Source: Octopus sinensis (lineage: Eukaryota). From it: DNA of 64,000 nt. Position 1 is the stretch's first letter; every line of letters starts with the position of its first letter. A program made the translations under genes and the position numbers. Shown here piece after piece: positions 55,318 through 64,000 of this stretch. The notes below the pieces were generated by a model. It worked only from the letters and a program-made list of their open reading frames with translations. It searched no databases and was not told the DNA's origin. The stretch covers positions 51,832,001 through 51,896,000 of the forward strand of contig NC_043009.1 of NCBI RefSeq assembly GCF_006345805.1. Reading direction: 5' to 3'.

Positions 55318-55925
55318 CTTTACTACCCACAAGGGGCTACACACAGAGGGGGGAAACAAGGAGAGATAAGCGGATTAAGTCGATTACATCGACTCCAGTG
55401 CGTAACTGGTACTTATTTAATCAATCCCGAAAGGATGAAAGGCAAGGTCAACCTCGGCGGAATTTGAACTCAGAACATAAAGACAGACGAAATGCTGCTA
55501 AGCATTTCGCCCAGTGTGCTAACGTTTCTTATTTCTTTACTGCCCACAAGGGGCTACACACGAGGGGGAGAAACAAGGAGAGACTAGCGGATTAAGTCGA
55601 TTGTATCGACTCCAGTGCGTAACTGGTACTTATTTAAACGACCTCGAAAGCATGAGAGGCAAAGTTGACCTCGGCGGAATTTGAACTCAGAACGTTGCGG
55701 CAGACGAAATACCTATTTCTTTATTACCCACAAGGGGCTAAACACAGAGGGGACAAACAAGGACAGACATAGGTATTAAGTCGATTACATCGACCCCAGT
55801 GTGTAACTGGTACGAAAGGATGAAAGGCAAAGTCGACCTCGGCGGAATTTGAACTCACAACGTAACGCAGACGAATTACCGCTAAGCATTTCGCCCGGCG
55901 TGCTAACGTTTCTGCCAGCTCGCTG
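55318..55925 (-). mobile_element. Three family A SINEs in head-to-tail tandem
   Basis: Units are ~55713-55925 (full), ~55530-55712 and ~55318-55529 (5'-clipped). Confidence 0.9.
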
Positions 55926-56941
55926 TCTTATCGTATAACGTTTATATAGAATGTTTATATAGATGGACGAATAACGTTTATATTGATGGACGCACTCTCA
56001 CATAAATCGTAATAACAGCTAAGCGTAGTTATACTAGCATGGAATCTAGTATAACACCTGTAATTCTATATGAATTTATAACCTAACTGATGGCATCATC
56101 AGCTATGGTGCAGGTGAAGTACTATATTGTCTTGTGTTAGCTTTTGCAAGAATATGAACATCGTTTGATAAAATTGCTGGTGGGTAGACTAAGAAAATAT
56201 GCAGTGAGTGTTTATAGTCAGTAAAACAAATATGCGTAGACTATTAAATGACATGTTCAATTACTTTGAAGATGGTTATATTAGTAATAATGAACGATTA
56301 AATATTCATATTATCTTGTTGTGCATGGAGGAAGTGAAAGTGTGATACTCGAAGAAGAACACAACAAAAGCTGGGACGGATCATTGCCTTACTACCAGAG
56401 AGCATACTTGTATAACAATAATTGTATTAGTGTATGTGTGTAAGTGCATGTGTGTGCAAATGTGTGCATGCACGCGTTTGTGAGTGTGTGCGTGTGTGGA
56501 ACTGAAATAATCTTTATCACGAACTTGCTAAGACCTTTCGCTGCATAAATAGTCTATAGAGAAAATCTTCTCATACACGACATACTTGCAAACATATCAC
56601 TGAACTATGAATTACATCACCGAACCTTAAGACGAATGTGTTTCTGCGCCGTTTTGCGTTATCATTTACATAATTCTTCTATTATCTCCCTTAGAAAGGC
56701 TGTTATTAAATGTAGACGCCAAAGAGATACCTTTGCTCATGAGCAGTTGCTTGATCAAAATATATTTAACTAACTGCAAGGGAACAAAGCTATGCGATCA
56801 TGAGACCGTATGCACGTAAGATCTTTCGTTGCAGAAATATTCTCGGTGCAAAATGGTGAGCGTATTCAAAAAGTGTTAAAAATTATTGCTCACAACCATA
56901 TCGTGTTAAAGGCTCCTTTTTGCAACACAAAATAATGTAAC

Positions 56942-56973
<32 letters not shown>

Positions 56974-57010
56974 TATATATTATATATATATATATATAAT
57001 ATATATATAT

Positions 57011-57806
57011 ATAATTTCAACAATTGAGGGTAAAATTAATTAATTAATCAATTTCACCAGTATTCAGTATGCAAAGGGACCATTTAAGGCGAATTCAAAT
57101 TATTACATTATATAAAAGGGCTTAGTAAAATAAATTACTTTGCCGCATACTGAACTAATTAGAAATAGCAGCTAAAAAAAACTTTTTTAAAACTATTTCC
57201 AATACTTAAAGAAAACCTCTCTCATATAGTGTTTCTCAATTCAACTCACGCAAATATGGGGGTAGAGAGAGACATTAAAAAATCAAGTGCAAAGGTTATT
57301 TGAGAACGTACGTTTCAAGATTAGTCAAAATTCGACATTTCTATCATCAGCTCAGAACTCCCTGGTTTGGATTTGAAAACACTGAAAGTAGGAGCATACC
57401 CTTTCGGCTTCCTCTCGCTTCTGAAGATCTGCTCGTAACTAACAGTGCCAACAAACTCAAAAATGCAGCGAAGAATTTCTGCTCTCCCCTTTCCACCAGC
57501 GTGGGTTAAAATCAGTAAACACTATGCTTTTTTCGGTAAGATCCGCGGCATTATATAGAGAGAGATGAATTATAATTTCAACAATTGAGGGTAAAATTAA
57601 TTAATTAATCAATTTCACCAGTATTCAGTATGCAAAGGGACCATTTAAGGCGAATTCAAATTATTACATTATATAAAAGGGCTTAGTAAAATAAATTACT
57701 TTGCCGCATACTGAACTCATTAGAAATAGCAGCTAAAAAAAACTTTTTTAAAACTATTTCCAATACTTAAAGAAAACCTCTCTCATATAGTGTTTGCTCA
57801 ATTCAA

Positions 57807-57810
<4 letters not shown>
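57011..57810 (-). mobile_element. Non-coding partial-tandem element (561-bp period, ~238-bp direct repeats) with a hammerhead, inserted in (TA)n
   Basis: 57011-57248 is repeated near-identically at 57572-57810. The unique middle carries the hammerhead. (TA)n lies on both flanks. Confidence 0.85.
57301..57354 (-). ncRNA. Type I hammerhead ribozyme
   Basis: tgag CTGATGA T AGA aat GTCGA-att-TTGAC taa TCT T GAAA C gtac G TT / ctca. It has a 4-bp stem I, an intact core, a palindromic stem III (CGTACG) and a GUU site. Confidence 0.75.
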
Positions 57811-57849
<39 letters not shown>

Positions 57850-58049
57850 TATATATACATACACACGCACACACACATATGTATATATATAACATATACA
57901 TAATATATAACGTATATATATAGATATATATATTTGTATTTGTGTGTATGTATGAGGATGCGTGTGTCCATGCCAGTGTACGTAAACTCGTATGAGTATA
58001 TGCATTTGGGTGTACATGTGTACACACACACAGACCCACATACACACAG

Positions 58050-58092
<43 letters not shown>

Positions 58093-58146
58093 GAGAGATG
58101 GAGAGAGATATGAGTTTGAGACAGAGACAAATATATATATATATAT

Positions 58147-58181
<35 letters not shown>

Positions 58182-59549
58182 CATACATACATACATACAT
58201 ACATACATCGATGGATAGATACGGAGAGAGGGATACATACAAAATATACAGTATATGGATATTGATATACATATAAGTATCGATATTTGAAGACAAGTTT
58301 TTATACAGAATAATATCCATTCAAATATGCGTGGATATGCACTCACTTACCATGCAGCTGTCTTGTTCTTTATTTCTGTATGTATGTGTGGATGTGTGTA
58401 TATATGTATGTATGTATATGTATATACACACATGTCTTATTATATCTATATAAGCACACATACACATATGTTCTCATAGGTATATATATATATAATATAT
58501 ATATATATACATATATATGCATATATATGTAAATACATTGAGTCACACAATTTATCCATTTAAATCAAGCACGCATGCGTATCTGCGATTTACATATGCA
58601 TCCGGCCGACACACCTCTCAAAATGCTGACTCATCTGTACATAAATAAGCACTAACTTTCACCTGCTCGAAAAATTATTTCTCATTTCTAGCCAGACATA
58701 TACACAGCCACCTTTATTTCTCTGTCTCCTCCTTTCACATTCTGACACACACATATATATATATAATATATATATATATACATACATGCATATATAATAT
58801 ACATATGTATACACACACATATACAAGTGTGTCTGCACATATGTGCGTGTGCATATTTGTGCTTGTGTACATATATATATATATGTTTATATATATATAT
58901 AAGAAGCCCATATATTTAACACAGCTTTACACATGTATATGAATACACCAAGATATTACTCATATATATATATATATATAATATATATATATACATACAC
59001 ATGTATGTGTATTTACATATATATTTATGCTTGTATATATATGTATATATTTGTGTGTGTGTACATATATATTTATGCATATATATATATTATACATATA
59101 TATATATATATATATATGTGTTTGCATGCATATATATATATATATATATATATATGTAATAACATAGCTGAGATCACTCCATTCCCATGTTTTATTGTCA
59201 TAGACATAGTTATTATAGCCCTACTCCATTATATTAATTTTCTATTAAGTATTGAGCACTTTCAGTGAAGGAAAGCTCGTCCTTAAATGATTCTGCATTT
59301 GTTGTGTGACAGTACGTATATTTCTCTTATTTATGTACAAACACCGACACACACAAGCTTACACATACACGAACAGGGACAGATATTCGCATATACACAT
59401 TGATACATATGAGCGGATATGCACAGCTAGGTACATTCTCGTGTACCATAGAAGAAGATATACAAACGTTCACACCGGTGTATATAATTTCAGTCAATGC
59501 GCGCACTTAAAATGACAAATTCTTAAATAACTACATTTAAAAATGGTAA

Positions 59550-60645
59550 TGTTAAAAACAAGGAAAGAACGATAGAAATAGATGAATAAAGAAAGAATGG
59601 AAGAAGGAAAGTAGGAAGGAAAGAGGGAAAGAAAGAACTAACAATGATGAAGTCAGAGTGAATATGATAGAATGTAATTAAAATGAAGATGAAAAGAAAG
59701 GAAGTAAGGAGTCAAGGAAGAAAGAATGAAAGACAGAAAGAAAGAATGAAAGACAGAAAGAAAGAATGAAAGACAGAAAGAAAGAATAAATGAATGAATG
59801 GATGAAAGGAATTCAGGAAGAAAGAAACATTTAAAGAAAGAAAGAGAAAACAACAAAGTGATGGATAGACAGAAATAAAGAATGGAAAACAATGACAAAA
59901 AAGAAGTAAAGGCAAAACGGAAGAATGAATGGCAGGGAAAAGAAAGACGGAAATAATGAAACTAAAAGAATGAAAGAAAAGGAATGAAAAAGGAATGAAA
60001 GATATACAACGAACAAGACAAAAAGAATGAAAAAAATGAAACAAGAAAAGGTAGAAAGAATGAGAATCTAAAGATATATGAAAGAAGGGAAAGAAAGAAA
60101 GCAGTAAAGGCAAAACTAAAGAATACTGAAAGAGTAGAATGAAACGAAAGAATGAAACTAAAAGGGGGATATAAGAAAGAGGAATGAAAGATATACAACG
60201 AACAAGACAAAAAGAATGAAAAAAAATGAAACAAGAAAAGGTAGAAAGACCGGGAATCTAAAGATATATGAAAGAAAGAAACCAGTAAAGGCAAAACTAA
60301 AGAATACTGAAAGAGTAGAGTAAGACGAAAGAATGAAATGAAAAAGGAAAATTAGGAAATAGAATGAAAGACAGTCAACGAACCAGAAAAATAATTCAAA
60401 ATAATGAATGAAGGAAAGTCAGCAAGAATGCGAGACAGGGAATAAATTAAACTAAATAAATAAAGAAAGAAAGAAAGAAAGAAAGAGAGAAAGAAATAAA
60501 GAAAGAAGGAAAGAGAAAAAGAAAGAATAATAATTAAGAAGGATAGAAAGACAAAGAAAGAAAGAATACAGAAAAGTAAAGAAAGAAAAAGAAAGAAAGA
60601 AAGAAAGAAAGAACGTGAAATATAGAAGGAAAGAAGGAAAGGAAC
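59550..60645. repeat. Purine-rich (GAAA-like) low-complexity tract with an internal ~140-bp duplication
   Basis: aggaatgaaagatatacaacgaacaagac...gaatactgaaagagtaga occurs at ~59991 and ~60180. Confidence 0.9.
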
Positions 60646-61263
60646 CATTCAGAGTGGTACGATAATATTTATTCTCCTGATATATTACCGAAATTCGGAC
60701 AGCAGTAGAACGGATACTACTTTCAGCGAATAGGTTTTATACCCACATATATAGATAAACGTGCATATCGCTAATGCAACCATACAGCACGGATATTCGA
60801 AAATATATAGAATTGTGAGAATAAATTCTAAAAGTGAACGCGTTTATATATCTATACATACATACATATATATACATATATTTATGCACATACATATATA
60901 TGTATGCATATGTATGCATATATGTATGTACATATATACATACATATACATATATATATAGGGATATTCATATATTTGTATATACTATGTATGTATACAT
61001 GTCTGTGTATGTTGTGAGGGATTAATATATGTCTGTTTTCGTATATGGATGTTCATATGTGCATGTGTCTATATATTTAAACGCATTGAGATATGCATTA
61101 TATCATCACATATATATACATACGCAAACTTACAACACACACACACATATATATACATACACCTGCGCACACTTATACTAGTATGTATGTTTGTGTGTAT
61201 ATATATACATATACGTATATATATATATATATATATATACGTGCGTGTGTGTATGTCTAGGTG

Positions 61264-61299
<36 letters not shown>

Positions 61300-62039
61300 A
61301 TATATATAATATATATGCACATATATACAGGTATATGCATATACGTACATATCTATAAATCCACGTCAGTGCCTCCATCGTTCTGCACGAGATAAATGCA
61401 TTTATTTTCATCACCACTGATGCATCTTCCTGTAGAATGACATAGCAGATGGCAGTTATACATATATTAATTTACAGCTTGCTTCGATGATTGCCCTGTC
61501 AGCGTTCTCGCAACAGGTTGGCGTCAACAAGTCTGCATTCCACCAGTTCGAAACCACCCTAGGTGTCGATGCAGAAATTTACTGTTGAAAACAAGAACAA
61601 CAACACTGCAGTAATGCCGCCGAGGTTGATGGTGAGTTAAACAATAAGAAAATGAACAACAACAACAACAACAACAACTACGCCATCAGTCGTAGTCAAA
61701 CTCCATATGGTGTCACGTGAAAAGATGGGTTGGGAGAGAGTTAAATCTCTTAAGACAGAAACACACGGAATTCTTTTATATCGGTAATATTGGAATATTG
61801 GTTGCGTTCTGAAGCGATACACATTTAATATTAATATAGACTATGAAGATATGTGAATCACTCAAAAGCTACGCAAACCACATTACATTTATATGCTGTA
61901 TAAACTATTGATACATTTCTCAACTACTTTACAATATTATATATAACCTACATTTCGCTTCTGTATCTCTTAAAACTACACTTGCTTCAAATAGCAAGTT
62001 GTACTAGTCTCGTAGGTGTCAATGTGTCACTTGATTTAT

Positions 62040-62560
62040 AAGCACCAGCCAATCCTTGTCTTCCTTAACCGGTGTTCGTTGTTTTACAAACATTCTCGGT
62101 TAGATCCTCAGCTTCAGTATAACTTCCACCCTTCGTCTATACATTCTCGGTGACCCTGAAGAAATAAATAATCATGACCATTGTTCTTCCTCTCTTGTCT
62201 TAGTCTTACTTTTAGTCTTAGCCTTAGTTACTCATGTACAGTTGGCCCTCACATTGAGTAGTAAGGTGTCCCTAATAATCCAAGTTTTAAGCATAGACGC
62301 CTCCATCTTTCGATGTGTAGCTAAGTTGCTTTCCGTCCTTGATGGACATGTTTTCTTGGGTTTCCATCACATCCTTCGTCCCTCTAGTGGTACTATTGTA
62401 TAGCTCACTAGGCTATTTGATCTTCTGAGTGTCGTAAAGCATAAACTGCAAATCTCACTTTGCTTCTGTCACAGTCTCCGGCAGGTTGCGCAGATTACCA
62501 CTTCTCAAAACTTCAGAGGATGGTCGGAGAGCTAGCAGCCGTTCAACAAGAGTACTGTAG
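62040..62560 (-). mobile_element. Decayed non-LTR retrotransposon fragment (R4/Dong-like)
   Basis: Minus strand ...ctacacatcgaaagatggaggcgtc... resembles the RLY..RK.GGRGL motif. Weak support. Confidence 0.35.
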
Positions 62561-63149
62561 AAAACACTGGTGAAAACCACAATCGCAACAGAAGCTGGAA
62601 GAAGAATTTTCAACAACATCCAGCATGATGCCGAAAACTCACCCCGAGCTATACAGGCGAGGGCAATATTCGGTTATGAACCTCAAGCAAAGCAATCGAA
62701 CGAGCATCTGGAATTTTCTGACTTCCTCACTTTGGCTAAGCGGTAAATAAAACAAAGTAAGCTCGGCCTTGGTTGATGAGATTCAGGTGAAAGCATGCCA
62801 TGCAGCTTCATTCGCTATTGTAGTCAGTGCCGAGGATTAACAGAAAGAGGCACGTAATCTCCTACAAGGATTAATTTTAAACTCAAGCAATAGAGGAAAC
62901 CTAGAGAAGAGGGAGAGAGAGAGTGCTGTGGCTACTGAAGCGCGTTCAAAGTGGTACCGGATGGAAAAAAGATCACTGTTTGAATCCTTCTTTAAGTGAT
63001 GTCTAATTCCGTAGTCACTGCTAAGCGCACCTGGTAATGCGTGAAACACTTTTGACACTGTGTTACCTGCTGAAATTGAGGGATGATATGTATCGTTGCC
63101 ATTGATTTAGTTGCTATCTTACAATGTCTTTAACTAATTCTTGTAGTTT

Positions 63150-63263
63150 GTGTGTGGCACTTTCAGCAAGTGTCATCTAATATAGCCGGTAGTGTAGAAT
63201 ATCTTAAGGGTAAATTTGCTTGAAGGAAACTGTGCTGGAGCCCGTTGTATATATGTATGTGAT

Positions 63264-63297
<34 letters not shown>

Positions 63298-63545
63298 TGT
63301 GTGTGTGTATGTGTGTATTTCTGCGCACATGTATGTTTTTGAATATGTGCTTTTCTCCCTCCCACTGTTTTGACAACAAGTATTATTTCTTTACGGCCCC
63401 GTGGCACGTTAATTTACCAAAAGCAGCATGTAGAATAAGTACCAGGTTGGACAAAAACAGGTACCGGAAACGACTTTCTCGACTTGATCCCTCAACGCGA
63501 TGCTCCAGTATGACAGCATTTCAAGGACTGAAACAAGAAAAGAAG
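63150..63545 (+). mobile_element. Diverged family B SINE
   Basis: gtggcactttcagcaagtgtcatctaatatagcc...tagaataagtaccagg...gctccagtatgacagc..gactgaaacaag. Confidence 0.65.
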
Positions 63546-63839
63546 GATAAAAACAAAGATATTTTAAAATGGGAATTTCACTGTATTCAATGCATCATGG
63601 TTCCAATATGAATGTTCAATGAATATTGATTTGTAAATAAAATAAAAAATACAAACATTGAATGTGAAGGCATCTAAAATTCTTAAAAACAACGTAAACT
63701 GCATTACATTTCCATAATAAAATAATCTATTAGCGCATTTCGTTATGATATGTTTTGATTCATTATATTGCTGTATAACGTAGTGCTACGTTATATCGTT
63801 ATATAATACAGTGGTATATTTCAGTACTATATTATATAA

Positions 63840-64000
63840 ATGGTGGCGTAATGGCCCAGTGGTTAGGGCAGCGGACTCATGGTTTCGATATCCAGACCGG
63901 CCGTTGTTAGTGCTTATTGAGCGAAAACACCTAAAGCTGTACGAGGCTTCGGCAAGGAGTAGTGGCAAACTCTGTTGTTACCACAACTTTGTCTCCTTTC
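63840..64000 (+). mobile_element. Family C SINE 5' part (runs off the window)
   Basis: ggcgtaatggcccagtggttagggcagcggactc...ttattgagcgaaaacacctaaagct. Confidence 0.85.

Overview
AT-rich, repeat-saturated eukaryotic intronic or intergenic DNA. The SINE families and the dense (TA)n/(CA)n/(TAA)n microsatellites point to an octopus (coleoid cephalopod) genome; this is inferred from recognised repeat families, not a database match. No intact host protein-coding gene, rRNA, true tRNA or CRISPR array is supported, and most listed ORFs are microsatellite read-throughs. Supported content: three tRNA-derived SINE families (Deu/Nin-domain type, CORE type, and one ascribed to tRNA-Arg), a decayed full-length mariner, two mariner MITEs, a Tc1 fragment, two decayed Penelope-like elements (RT + GIY-YIG), several R4/Dong-like LINE fragments in (TAA)n tracts (one tandemly triplicated), and a Helentron/HINE-like element. 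The best lead is a set of type I hammerhead ribozymes (6513-6588 +, 18399-18495 on both strands, 57301-57354 -). All carry a non-canonical U·U at the base of stem II. Two sit in non-coding, retrozyme-like 1.4-1.5-mer units of 523 and 561 bp that share a 3' terminal motif and abut (TA)n.
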